A stretch of 63,956 nt of DNA, the filler included, from Octopus bimaculoides (lineage: Eukaryota): NCBI RefSeq assembly GCF_001194135.2. It is 6 parts of 5 records of this genome, joined end to end, with 100 filler letters (N's around TTAATTAATTAA, not from the genome) between each part and the next. Parts side by side here need not be neighbours in the genome. Positions count along the whole stretch, not along the records: positions 25,015 to 43,943 come from NC_068982.1; 5 more parts are not named here. One strand, 5' to 3'. Both the position numbers and the translations under genes were made by a program. Below the pieces are notes generated by a model, which worked only from the letters and a program-made list of their open reading frames with translations, made no database searches and was not told the DNA's origin. Positions within the stretch are counted from its first letter, which is position 1. The number at the start of each line of letters is the position of its first letter. Below are positions 25,015-38,840 of this stretch, in pieces.

Positions 25015-28000
25015 ACCGGGCTGCGTTTTGTGTTCTGGAGCAAGACACTTTATTTCACGCTGCTCCAGTTCACTCAACTGTAGAAATGAGTGGCGACATC
25101 ACAGGTGCGAAGCTGTATCGGCCCCTTTGCCTTTTCCTTGGACAAACATTCTTGGCGTGGAGAGGGGATGCTGGTATGCATGGGTGACTGCTGGCCTTCC
25201 ATAAACAACCTTGCCCGGACTTGTGCCTGGAAGGGTAACTTTCTAGGTGAAAGGCAAAGTCGACCACGGCGGAATTTGATCTCAGAACGTAGCGGCAGAC
25301 GAAATATCGCTAAGCATTTCCCCGGCGTGCTAACGTTTCTGCCAGCTAACCACCTTAGAAAAAATATATAACATGAAGAAAATAAATCAGTTCTGGTTGC
25401 TCAAATTGTATTTGAGTGCAATAGATTGTAAAACAAAGAACAGCTTGATTCTATGAGTAATATGATGGCATCTGGAATTAGATATAAGAAGGCATTAATA
25501 ACTCCAAATTCCCATCTGAACTTTACTAATTATTTGTCACTCTTCTCTTCTTATGCATTCCATTCAAACCAATGTGTCTGTAGAAAGCGTGATTTTTCGA
25601 AGATACCAACTCTAGATAAATCTATAAAAATTGTAATTATCAAAGTTTTCAAATATTTTCCCTAAAATTCATAGTTTAATAGTGCGATCCATGATTTACA
25701 AGGTGACTATTGCAATCCAGCGTGCCTTCAAATTTGTATTTTTCAAAACATCGAGTTAGTATTCCTTTCAATTGTCTTTTTTCCAATATACTTCAACAAA
25801 GCCGGAACATAGTCTTAGATATTCAAAAGTGACAATAAACATTTCTGATCACCTGATATTAAAATGACCGTATATGCAATTCGTATGGCTATTTCCCATT
25901 ATTATTTTCTATTATATTGTGAATTAATTTTTATGATGAAGTAAAGGGATGCTGGGTTAGAGCATAATGTAAGATATCTATTGAATAATAAAAAGTTAAA
26001 TTTAATTATACCAGAAACAAAATTTGTCATTGTATATTACTGAATGGTTTATTTCGTGCATGAGAATCATTTGACAGAAACGTAATTACGTGAAATTATT
26101 TTACACACAATATTTTAATTAATCATAATATACGTAAGAAACGTCATGTTTAGAACATTTTCATGATGCGAGAAAAACAATTACCCGCTGGGAATAAACA
26201 TATACGATAATAGATAATGTTAGAACGGTAATGTGTGTTTGCAAATAAAAGAAGGTAATGAAAGTACAGAATATTACTTGGATGCATAAGTGCTTGTCAA
26301 GCGGAGTCGAGATATCTAAGTATATATGTATGAAGGAATAACGAGATAAGTAAATAATAGATGTTTCATGCTTATGAATGTTGGTGCAGAAATGTTTAAT
26401 GAGATATTTGAAAGCGCTGGGGCAAAGCCGCGTAAATGGAATGATTGAATAGGAAGATACGAAAGAAAGGGAAATAGCATGCAGGATTGGCATGAAATAC
26501 ACCGTATTCATATTTGGTTATTCAAATCTTTTGAAGGCTTCCCGCACAGTTACATGAACATATTCATGCATAAGAACTTTAAGAGTAAGCAAGCTATAAC
26601 AGACACACTTCTGTTTATGCTCCGTATACACATACGCACATGGACAGATCCAAATGTCACAGTTCCATACATACACTGTATCATTCATCTAAATTATGGT
26701 GCATGTAATTTAATATCATATTGTCTATTCTCAAACATTGAATGCCGTGGGTGAGCATTTCATACACGGAAAATTACAAACTGCCTAATATCATTATTAT
26801 ATTACAAGAAGAGCAAATATACTTTTTAATGTTTTTGCAGTTGAACTTATTTCTTTGTGCTAAACTATTCATTGAGCATGAAGCAGGATGTAACGTCTAC
26901 AATGTTTCTTTCTCATCGTTTTGTATCGTAACTCCGGGGTGTATATGTATATAACTCTATAATGCTATTTAGTTCTAGATCAGCCTGGATCGTACAGACG
27001 TATGATCAAAGCCGTATCAGCCATGGCCATATATTTTTCATCATTGTGCCTTTCCTCTTTTAATTCTAAAGAGTGTCATGTATTGAGGATATTGGCGCTA
27101 TTAATGCAGATTCAAATATCGTGTAGAGGTTACGTCACTGATTCACATCTACAATTATATGCAATGCAATAATATTGAGATATCATTTTATGGATTCCTC
27201 TTCTTGGAATTTTAAATATGGTTTGTCAGGAAATAATAATAAATATTTTAATGTATCGCTTCATCATGTGTTTTGCATTTAGTGTAAAACTACATTTAGT
27301 ACACGATTTTAATATAATAGAAATCATTGTGGGTAATCCGAAACAATTGTCAGCTGTTGTTGTCATTGGATTACCGTATTTATCGGCGTATAAGACGAGT
27401 TTTCTGATGCTTTTATATGTATCGAAACTCCCATGCGTCTAATGCGATGATATTAAGGATGCGAGATTGGGAGCAGTAGGGAGTCAGATAAATGTAAGTT
27501 CCCTGAGCACTGTTGTTACGTATAACTGAATATAAGAAACAAGCCGAAATCAGTCAGTTTACAACTATTTACAAAAATATTACTTTCTGTAAGTTACAAG
27601 TTATATGTAGATGTCACATCATTTCATTATTTCTCTTTTCTTGTATAACGAACTATCGCCTGATTTAAGGGTTACTTTAATTAATGACAGTGCTGTCTTT
27701 AAGAAATATTTTGTGATTATCAGAATAAAAATTCCCCCAGAAAAGAATAGCGTGTTAACCTTTCAGCCACAAATCAGCTATTTGTAATGACTGGATGACA
27801 ACAAAATGATAGCGTTGATGTGCTACTCTGGAGTTGTAAAGCAAACACCATAGCCAAAAGTACGATTTTTACATGTGTATGACAATTCACTTGACGAAAA
27901 TATATAATATTATACAATTGATCTGAAAGAAGATAAAATCGATGTTCGGTAGTTTAGTAACGTACATCGTCGATGACAACATTATGTTTACAGACTTTCT

Positions 28001-28395
28001 TCCAATATACTGTCGAAGAATCATACATTTTCCCTACAAATAGAACTTTAAAATATCTTTCCATAACTGTATGATGAAACATACTAAATATTTTCTTTTA
28101 ACCACAAAACACATTTGGGGAGTGTCTTATGCGGGAGTGAGTCTTATATGCCGACAGATATAGTATTCTTTGTGGAATATTCTTTATGAGATCGCTTTTA
28201 TGGTGGCAAAGATTCATAAATATTAAAACTTGAATCTCAGGAAAAAATTGTCTAGAGGGAAATAGATAGTCCCTATTACTATGCAAAATGAGAAAGGACC
28301 GATTGTCGTAAATGTTTTCCCTAGGAATGCGAAAAGGATATAATAAAATTTCCAAAATGACGTACTTATTATCAATCAAGCTTTATACCATAACG

Positions 28396-28751
28396 TGGTA
28401 CTCCGTCGGTTAGGACTTCGAGGGTTTCAGTTGATCCGATCAAAGGAACAGCCTGCTCGTGAAATTAACGTGCAAGTGGTTGAACACTCCACAGGACACG
28501 TGTACCCTTAACGTAGTTCTCGGGGAGACTCAGCGTGACACAGAGTGTGACAAGACTGGCCCTTTGATATGCAGGTGAGAGAAATTTGTGGTGAAAGAGT
28601 ACAACAGAGTTCGCCACCAACTCCTGCCGGAGCCTCGTGGAACTTTAGGTGTTTTCGCTCAATAAACACTCACAACGCCCGCTCTGGGAATCGAAACCGC
28701 GATCCAACGACCGCAAGTCTACTGCTCTAACTACTGGGCCATTGCACCTCC
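28396..28751 (-). mobile_element. tRNA-derived SINE, same family as 7957-8340
   Basis: Reverse complement aligns by eye over the whole length. Confidence 0.85.
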
Positions 28752-31328
28752 ACTATGCCATAATAATCAGTTGGGTTATGAATTAATAATTTTAAGAAAT
28801 CAATCAAAGAAGAATACCAGCGTATCTAGAACAAATAGATGGCAAAAATATTAAATATTAAAACAAGTTTTAATTAGAACGACATTTCCCTAACAGTCTC
28901 AGAGACAATGTGTCGCAGGAGGATAAGGAGAGAAGACAAAGAAAAGCAAGGTAAAATGAAGACAAGGAATAAACAAGGGATGGAAAAGAAGATAGAAATA
29001 AGAAGAAGCGTTTATTTCTTTGTCGATGAAATAACCTCCTTGCATAATATGTCCGTGTGATCTTGATGTTTGTGTATGTATGTATGTACGTATGTATGTG
29101 TATGTGGGAATGTATGTATGTAGTGTGAATGCAGTGAACAATAAAAGAAAGAAAAAGACAACACAGACAGCACAAGGTGAATATAAGCATACATATTCCA
29201 ATGGATGGATGGGTTCGTTATGATATTTCAATTTAGAAACTTCGAGTAGAAGGAATGGTTACCGTTTCTAACTGTGTAACACAAAATACATACAACTGTA
29301 ACTAAAAGCGTGTAAATAGTGTGTTGTAATTTTTGTTGGTAATAAACAATATTTCGTACATACTGCATTTTATGTTAAGTAAGTTTCTGGAAATTTCCAT
29401 TATAGTGACAAAATAAGAGAAAAATAATGGTATTACTCTTTTCAAATATTTGTTAATAATGTGTTCGTTGTTACTTGCAAACGTTACACTTTTTATCTCT
29501 CGTATATTTCCTTAAGCACTTGTTTATCTCGAATTTACAAAATTTATATAAAATAATGCATATACTATACAAACATGTGTAAAAGCTGTTCGAATGCTTC
29601 ATTTTTATATCCTGCTAGCGATACAATGATCAGAAAATAACGCAGATATTTTTTGTTGATATATTTACTTGACTCTTAAACCAAAGGCTGTTTTTCTTTG
29701 TTGGTTATCTTTAATTTTTATTTCACTTTATTTTGCTTGATTTAGCGGCAACTTGTCTCCATTTTTTGTGGGGAATACGGCAATATGTGTCAGTCAAAAT
29801 AGAAATTAACTAATCATTATTCAATCTAAAATTTCAGCATCATTTGTAACCCAGCCAAAAATGCAAATGCCCTTTTTGAAATTCTTCTTGTATCACTTCA
29901 CTGTCAAATATATCTCTTTCTGCTATTGCCTGTTTCCAAGATTTAACATAAAGTATCAGAAAATTGATTTAGATATGCTGACGCATGCGACAGAAATGTG
30001 TGTGACAAAGAATCACGAGAACATACGAGAGGAAATGTGTGTTTTGACGCAATGTTTTAACTTAAGGCATTATAATCGTACAGATATAGATGAACAGATA
30101 TAAAGTCAATTAAATGATGAATCTAAAATAGTGTCGCCACTAATACAACAATGCGATAGAGATAAGAAAATTAAAATGAAAAACTAAGAATTACAAAAGA
30201 TCTAAAGAATAACGATGTTAAAACGAATCAAATGACGTGCGAGGAAAATAAACGGCCAAACTTCTCCAGTGTTTGTTAGTTCATAGTATTTAAGTTAGAA
30301 TATTTTGTTTCTTGTACGTGCAATCAATCTGAGAATGCTAATGAAGTAGAAGGGCACCTAATGAAAAGACCATTGATTTTATACGAATACTTATGTGATA
30401 GGTCAATCACATGCGTGCCTACATATTTGTCCATGCATGTCTATATATGCTTATAAACATGAAATAATCCTGTTTAATGCCAAAACACATGTTCTAGGGA
30501 GGTGACTATGAATTATGAATATTTTACTAACATTTTATAAACACTCGACTGAAAAGTTTTTAACTTTTCAACTATGTAAATATTTAGGAAAACAGAGAAG
30601 AATCTAATGATGATGATGAATTGAACATGTTCAAAGTATACTAGTTTCAAATGTTCGCACAAGGCTAGCAAATTAGGGGGCGACGGCTCGTCCTTTACAA
30701 CAATTGTTTATTTTATCGACCCCGGAAGGATGAAAATCGAAATCGACTCGGCGGTATTTGAACTGAGAACGTGAAGACGAACGAAATGCCGATAAATATT
30801 TTCCCCTGCGTGCTAACGATTCTGCCAGCTCGCAGCCTTATGGTTAAATTATATTGTTTAAAGTATATATTTTTTATTCTCGTTTGTGCAGACAGAAGGT
30901 ATAAAAATTCCGTGTGAGGATTAAGAAAATGCAGAAAACAAATAAATGCTTAGAGAAGACAATCAATTGATCAAATCGTTAGGTAATGAGATCCTATCCA
31001 ACCAGCTTCAATGATTGACAAAATGAAAACACTTCTGAAAATTCCTTCTTCTACCAAACTGAAAATGATGTTTAACAATTGCCTCATTTTCCCTTCAACA
31101 ACTTTACATTTGCTTACATTGTTGATGCCGTATCCTGCTGTCACCGAGACCATAAAAAGGGTCGTATTAGAAAGAGTTTGATACTCCACGTGTGGAGTTC
31201 TTGTTCTCAGAACTGCATAAATCAGCTGCTTTCCAGTTTACTGTCATTTATACTTCACTGTCTACACTATTTTTGTTAACGTATAATACACAAACACACA
31301 GACACACACACACACAGACACACACACA

Positions 31329-31369
<41 letters not shown>

Positions 31370-31416
31370 NNNNNNNNNNAAACACACAGACACACACACA
31401 CACAGACACACACACA

Positions 31417-31457
<41 letters not shown>

Positions 31458-31553
31458 GATACCTCATTCGGAACCTGCACTGAAAGTTTGCATAATAAAT
31501 ATCAAATTATTTTACTGCAAGAGTTGTAAAATGTGAAGATACAACCTATATTA

Positions 31554-31902
31554 CAGTAGAACCTCGCATTACGAGTGACCCATTATACGAGCAATTTGCT
31601 GTACGAGCCGAGACCAGTGCGAATTTTTTTTCGTGATATACGACCGGAAATCTGCAGTTAATAAAACCAGTTTACATATGTCTTATGCATTCATATTTTT
31701 TTATAAGTGTCATTTTACTTGTAACTACACCTTTTCTGTTTTAAAACGCACAAAGAATTACTTTTGTTTGGTTTTGTGGGGCTGGAATGGATTAATTATA
31801 TTTTAGTTAATTCTAACGGGGAAAATTGATTTGTAAAACGAGTAAATCGTAAGATGAGCTCGGTCATGGAACGAATTAAACTCGTACTGCGAGGTATCAC
31901 TG
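31554..31902. mobile_element. pogo/Tigger-like MITE
   Basis: TA-CAGTAGAACCTCGCATTACGAGT ... ACTCGTACTGCGAGGTATCACTG-TA. Confidence 0.75.
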
Positions 31903-33489
31903 TATTTTATTCTTTTTTGTGTGTATGTATGAAGGTGCGTAGCTTAGTGGTCAGGGCATTTGACTCACAATTGTAAGATTGTCAGTTCGATAACCAGCAG
32001 TGCGTTGTGTCCTTGAGCAAGACAATTTATTTCACATTACTCCTGTCTACTCAGCTGACAAAAATGCATTGTACCTGTATTTCGCAGGGTCAGCCGCGTC
32101 ACATTCTGTCACGCTGAATCTCCCTGAAAACTACATTAAGGTTGACGTGTGTCTGTGGAGCAATCAGCCACCTGCTCTGAAACTGTCGTCCTTGTAATCT
32201 ACAAAGTGACACTTATTTACTTAATTGTCAAGGTTAAGACCAATGAATTTCAGATTAATTTTACACCTTCCAGCATTTAGATTCAGTTTTAACTGCCGAG
32301 CATGAGAGTTCATATCAGCTATCGATTACAGTTCCATGATAAAAAAAAGAAAGAGACTATATGGAAAGCAATGTTTCTCATAAGCATGTGGATATACTTG
32401 ATCAAACCTTGTAACTGATCAACTAACCAATAGTTGAACGCTCGCGAAAACAGAGAATCCAAATTACATGCATTGTATAGTTTAATTTCCGGCCTTAAGT
32501 TCCTTGCAATGAACGCTGCTACTCAGACGTTTATCAGATTTCTGATAGGAGTGCATTCTGAACAGGGATAGAGTCAAAGGCTTGTGATATGAATTTTCTC
32601 GTAAAAAAGACGATATTTATTCCTTCATGCTCATGGGTCGGTATTGTACGCATCTTTGTTTAATACAGGTTATTATTAAAGCTGCAATTGTTTTATAGCT
32701 TAGCATTTTCAGTTTCGTACCACATCATTGCAGGTTTTCCTATCCTTAGGCACATAGATAAGAAATGTACCTTAGTAATAAAAGAGGTTTGAATTGCTCT
32801 TAATCTCAACACGTCAGTGTGATATGAATATCAGATTTTCATTAGATCCTCGGTGATGTCGGTGTGTTTCTTTACAACGAAAACAATGCCTTCTCGACAC
32901 CGTCCACTAGGATCTTATTAAGCGGCTGTTAGTTATCTGTACATCTACATTCGTGGGTCGTGTTTTGGTTATTTATTATATTTAGAACGCGTTTGACGTA
33001 GTGATTAGAGTATTCAGCTCACGGTCGTGAGTTCGATTCCTAGCGGCGCGTTGTGTCTTTGAGCAATGAATTTCCCTTAAAACAATAGGTATATATAAAG
33101 TATATAGTTTATATCCAGTTAAAAAAAGAACAGAAAATGGACATAAGGAAGTTAATAATTGTCTATTATTAACGACAAATTGGTCATCTTCGCTTCTTAC
33201 AGTCGATTCAATTAATACGCAATGATTTAATTATAAATTTGTACATTAAACTTACATTTATGTGACATGAGTATAATTTCATCAGATGAATAAAGATGTA
33301 CCTTGGGATGTTACATGTGGGGTTATCAATTCACTGTTGTTAATAATAACCAACTATTAACTTCCTAATCCCTATTTTCTTTTCTTCTTTTATATAGATA
33401 TATTCATATATAAACGTATGTGCATATATGCACGTATGCCTATATATATACATGCATACACACGCACGCATATATATATATATATATAT

Positions 33490-34616
33490 AACCAGTACGA
33501 ATAATAATAGACATAGGATAAGAAAACATAATAAGAATAATCATACAGATATTAGTTCACACAAAGAAAGCTCTAGCGATAGGAATAATAATCATAAAAA
33601 TAGAAGAATTTCCAAACAAAGTAAAAATAAATTACGCAACTACATATGGTATAACATACCATACAATGTAACCGTCACAGGTAAATTATGTAAGAGGATA
33701 TTCTCAATTATATCAAAGAACTTTCCACCCACTCACAAATATAGCAGTATCTTTTCAAATAAAATTATTAGAATCTCATATTCAACCCTCCCTAATATGA
33801 AATGTATTATATCTAAACATAACAAAAACAAAATAAAAAAAGCTACATTAAGAATGATTAATGATTATCAACATAACACCGATATTCCCAGAACCCCCAC
33901 TGACAGTATAAGATGTGAGGTATCTTCGAACAACCCAAATAGAGGTAGCAGCTATAATTATAACAACAATGTAAACGTTAAACCTGACCACCCGGGTACT
34001 AACACAGATAATAATACTACAAACGGTTACCCCATAAATGTAGACATAAGACGACCTTACAAGTATAAAATCGGGTGCAATTGTGTAACACCTACAACAT
34101 GCCCGTTACGCGGAAACTGCTTAGCTAAAAACGTAATATACTCCTGCGAAATTATCACAGAAACTAACACCCTCACATANNNNNNNNNNNNNNNNNNNNN
34201 NNNNNNNNNNNNNNNNNNNNNNNNNNNNNNNNNNNNNNNNNNNNNNNNNNNNNNNNNNNNNNNNNNNNNNNNNNNNNNNNNNNNNNNNNNNNNNNNNNNN
34301 NNNNNNNNNNNNNNNNNNNNNNNNNNNNNNNNNNNNNNNNNNNNNNNNNNNNNNNNNNNNNNNNNNNNNNNNNNNNNNNNNNNNNNNNNNNNNNNNNNNN
34401 NNNNNNNNNNNNNNNNNNNNNNNNNNNNNNNNNNNNNNNNNNNNNNNNNNNNNNNNNNNNNNNNNNNNNNNNNNNNNNNNNNNNNNNNNNNNNNNNNNNN
34501 NNNNNNTGAAAATTATTAAATTTCCTGATAAGAATGAACTAATTAATAAGAGGTCAGATTTCAAACCCTCCTGTATCCATAAAATGATGAAAACCTTTAG
34601 ATATTATAACCCTTAA
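33490..34616 (+). mobile_element. Penelope-like retroelement fragment with an open GIY-YIG endonuclease frame (middle hidden by gap 34180-34506)
   Basis: RNYIWYNIPY...KNFPPTHKYSSIFSNKIIRISYSTLPNMKCIISKHNK...CNCVTPTTCPLRGNCLAKNVIY. After the gap: ELINKRSDFKPSCIHK...stop at 34614-34616. No RT upstream; the 5' end abuts (TA)n. Confidence 0.88.
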
Positions 34617-37560
34617 ATCCTCTCTTTTAGTTATGTGCACTTCTACACCTCATCTATTTAACTATTCCTACATACCACAACCCAGACACCTAACTAACAT
34701 AGCCCGTACTCTACCCCTAACCTTACTATATACATCAGTATTTTGGTTTACCCTCGAATAACTAGGTTATGACCACTTAATTTAAACAAATTTTTAATTT
34801 CTAGTTTACACATATTTTTCATTTTTAATTTACACAAATTTTTAATAAACCGGATCCATAATCCCAAACCTATGGATATAGTTCTAGCTTCAGTCACTGA
34901 CTCGAGACCATCCAAGGACACTGCAATACGAAGTTATAACACGAAATAACACTGTGTGTATGTGTATGTATGTGGGTATATATATGTGTGTATACTGTCT
35001 ATACTGCTTATAAATTGTGGGGTTTTTTGTTTTTTTTTATTTTATCTTCATTTTTATATTCTTTTTATATTTTTTATATATATTTTTTATATATACACTT
35101 CACTTTATACTTTTACATTATACTCTTTTACTTCCGGTTTCGTTATGTTTTAATTTTTTAATTTTTTTAATTGTTAATTTCTTTGTATTTCTTAGTTTTT
35201 ATCGGTTATATTTTGACTCGTTTATCATTATCTTTTATATTTTATTATTTTTTTCATATTTAATTTTTTCATTTTTTACGTTTTATCTCTTATTTTTATT
35301 AGTTTTATTATTTTTTACTATTTTTAGTTCTTATTTTATTGTCTATTTCTTAGTTATTACATTATTAATGTGGGTGCTAATATTTCCTTTCACTAGTATA
35401 CTATATTACTCTGTATTTTGAATTTTATTTTTTGAATTTTAACGTCCAACCCTAACTCCCCCCCCCCTTATAACTTATTTCGCTTTTCTTGTTGACATGT
35501 TTATTGATTCATTCTTTAAGGTCTTCTATGTTATAATTACCCTTTCCACTTCCTTCACCCTTCTTCATCTAGATAAGTGTATGTAGATAGGTTAGTACNN
35601 NNNNNNNNNNNNNNNNNNNNNNNNNNNNNNNNNNNNNNNNNNNNNNNNNNNNNNNNNNNNNNNNNNNNNNNNNNNNNNNNNNNNNNNNNNNNNNNNNNNN
35701 NNNNNNNNNNNNNNNNNNNNNNNNNNNNNNNNNNNNNNNNNNNNNNNNNNNNNNNNNNNNNNNNNNNNNNNNNNNNNNNNNNNNNNNNNNNNNNNNNNNN
35801 NNNNNNNNNNNNNNNNNNATTTTAAGTTTTATTTTTATTTTAAGTTTATTTTTATTTTTTTACATGTATTTCTTTTTCTTTTTCTTTTCTTTTCTGCTCA
35901 GGATTTTATATTCCCTTTTTATTTTATATTGTTGTTTCGTTTTGTCATTTTATTGTATTGTTCTTAACCACCAACTTAACACTACACACTGAATCGTGGC
36001 AAGGTATGGACGGTTTTCGGAGGACCGAAGAAATTATGTGTAAATGGAAAATTATACGAGGTATAGTACTATACAAAATACCGAAAAGATCTTCACCTCT
36101 TATATCACACCTTTCTTCCTCCTTTAACGCCGATGTGATGTAATTTCCTGGGAGAGAAATACTTTTGCGGCTTTATTTACTTTTGTAAATTATACACTGA
36201 TATAAAGCTTGAAACACGTGTACCGCAGAATCCTTTGTATTTTTGCTGTTATTTTTGGGATTTACAATTTATATATATATATATATATATATCCGACGGC
36301 CTACTTTCGGTTTCCACCTACCAAATTCACTCACAAAACTTTCGCCGGCCGAAAGTTTTGTCAGGAATGGGATTGCACCATGTGACTGGGCAACAAATTT
36401 CAAGAAATTTCACACATAAATGCATATACAGATGCAAACACACGCACACGCGCGCGCACACACACGCACAATTGTACATACTCACATGTATATATGTATA
36501 TATATATATATATATCTGTATATACACACGTATACACACCCACATATGTGCGAATTTTTATTTATTTATTTATGTGTTTCAGCCAAGTGGCTGCGGTCAT
36601 GCTGGTGCAATATGGCATATTCTAGAATAATGGACACCAGTACACTGGACAACTATCCGAAGGGCATATCCATAGCGAAGACATAAAACCTAGAATAGAT
36701 TTCGATTTGAAGAATCAATGTCGTTTCAGGCTTTGATTTGCTTAAACGCAATATTCTTCCAGATGTCACATTCTCGCCACGCTTCGGTTAGACCAGCATT
36801 TGATATTTTATCGCACATTTGTTGCGTTTACTTTTCGTGTTTTTTTTATAGAAATTACAGTTCATTTGTTTTGGAAATTCACACGTGATATCTGTATAAA
36901 TTTTATTGTAAACTAAATTATACGGTAGTAATCAATCAATGAATTGCCATTATCACTCCCGAAAGAATATCGCCAGATTCATATTCAATTATACCTCTTA
37001 AGATTTTATATGGAATTACATTTTCTTTTTGTTTTTATTCACATTTTCTTGTTTTCAGCCATAGCACAATTTACACTTTGCTATAATTTTAATAAGGCTG
37101 GAAAAGCTAGAGTGTTTAATTTCTTTGTATTCAGTTTCTCGTTCTCATTGAAATTTCATTAGCTGATATTAAAAAATTATTATTGATTTCTAACTCATTT
37201 GCATATGTTCTATGTAATTTTATTTGTGATTGTTTACGTTTTTTAATCATAAAACTGAAAATTGCTGTAAACGTTATTATAATAAGCGTTACTCAGAGGA
37301 CGGCTAAAAGACAATGCAGCTACTGGCAAGCGAAATCATATAAAAGGTTTCGAGATTTATTTGAAACTGGGTCAGTAATGTCCCTGGCAATGTATGAATG
37401 GCACCGTATTTAACTGCTCTTTAAAAACGTTTAGTGGTGACCTCATTCGAACAGTAATGTGAGAAGGATAGTTAGAGAAACATTGTTATATGAGCGTGTG
37501 TGTGAGTGAGAGTGTGGTGTGCGTGTGTGTATATGTGTGTATGTACGTGAGTTTATACGA

Positions 37561-37678
<118 letters not shown>

Positions 37679-37687
37679 CAATTACAA

Positions 37688-37979
37688 AGAACATGGAGAC
37701 TGGTACATCTTCAATCTTTTCTTCTTATTCAACATTTAATTACAAAGCATGATTAGTGACTAAAAATGACCGACACGTGTTCTGCTGCACAGAATGCGCA
37801 TCTGCGTATGCAGCCGGTACATTTCGTTTACGATCTTGTCATAAGCGTGGTCCGAGGCGTACTACAATATTACCGGCTACACATGCACCAAGCAGCAGAA
37901 ACATTTGTCGAACATTTTAACGAATTACGCTGTTAAATTAAATATAAAAATCGGAAGATGTACCAGTTTCTGTATTCTT
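37688..37979. mobile_element. Foldback (hairpin) MITE
   Basis: Nested inverted pairs along its length: agactggtacatctt/aagatgtaccagttt, gttctgctg/cagcagaaac and gccggta/taccggc. Confidence 0.65.
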
Positions 37980-38517
37980 TTAATCGTTTTGGATTTACAC
38001 TGCCGAAAATATTCATAATCCTGCTAATAGAACACGAATTTACCCCATCAGAAGAATGACAGTGGGACTGATCCCACTAAGCGATTTTTGATGCTTCTAA
38101 CTACTTATTACGGTATATCGCCTGAGTAATTTATCCCTATATACAAATCGCATATATATATATAATGTAATTGACCAGACTATTGGATGCTGATATAAAT
38201 CGCTGATCACAATGCACTTTCCATCGTTTTTGTTCTCAGACGATGGCACCCTCTTAACTAGACGAGCAGGCAAGCATTCCCCTCCCTGATCGGAGGGCTA
38301 GTCCGTGTGTCCGTCGCAGTGTTACCCATTAATGGCTGAGTGAACTAGAACAACCTGAAAAGAAGTGTTTTGCTCAAGAGCACAACACGCAGCCGGTCCG
38401 GGAATTGAAGAGACGATCTCACGGTCCTGAGTACAAGTCACCTAAGCACTAGGCCACAAGCATTCACGCATACACACACATACACACACACACACACACA
38501 TACACACTTGTACATAC

Positions 38518-38569
<52 letters not shown>

Positions 38570-38726
38570 CTATATATATATATATGCACACACACACACA
38601 CATTTATATATATATATATATATATATATGAAATTTAAGAAGACAGAATATGGAGAAATATCGATGAAGAACTCTTGATTTACCGCAATTATTATTTATT
38701 AATTCAATACAAATATACTGCATCCC

Positions 38727-38840
38727 GTCTAACAGCTGTTTCTGCTTCCATATATTTTATGGTATTGCCATTGATATGGTCAAAATATTTATCATATTTG
38801 GTAATAAAATCGACCTCAAACATGAAGCTTCGTCAGAGAG
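38727..38840 (-). ncRNA. Minimal type-I hammerhead ribozyme motif, decayed
   Basis: Minus strand reads TCT-CTGACGA-a-GCTTC...(~75 nt)...GAAGC-a-GAAA-C-AGCT-G-TT-AGAC. The tail is nearly identical to the 47528 copy. Confidence 0.55.

Noticed and set aside
30971-31189. 72-aa minus-strand ORF with plausible composition (the antisense frame is also open)
   Set aside because: No recognisable motif and no convincing splice sites; the length is within chance.
34956-35421. Hydrophobic F/L/I/Y-rich ORFs resembling membrane or mitochondrial proteins
   Set aside because: T-rich low-complexity sequence downstream of the PLE ORF, with no mitochondrial gene motifs.
36197-36222. Hammerhead-like CTGATAT...GAAACACGTGTA
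   Set aside because: The core deviates from CTGANGA, and neither stem I nor stem II can form convincingly.
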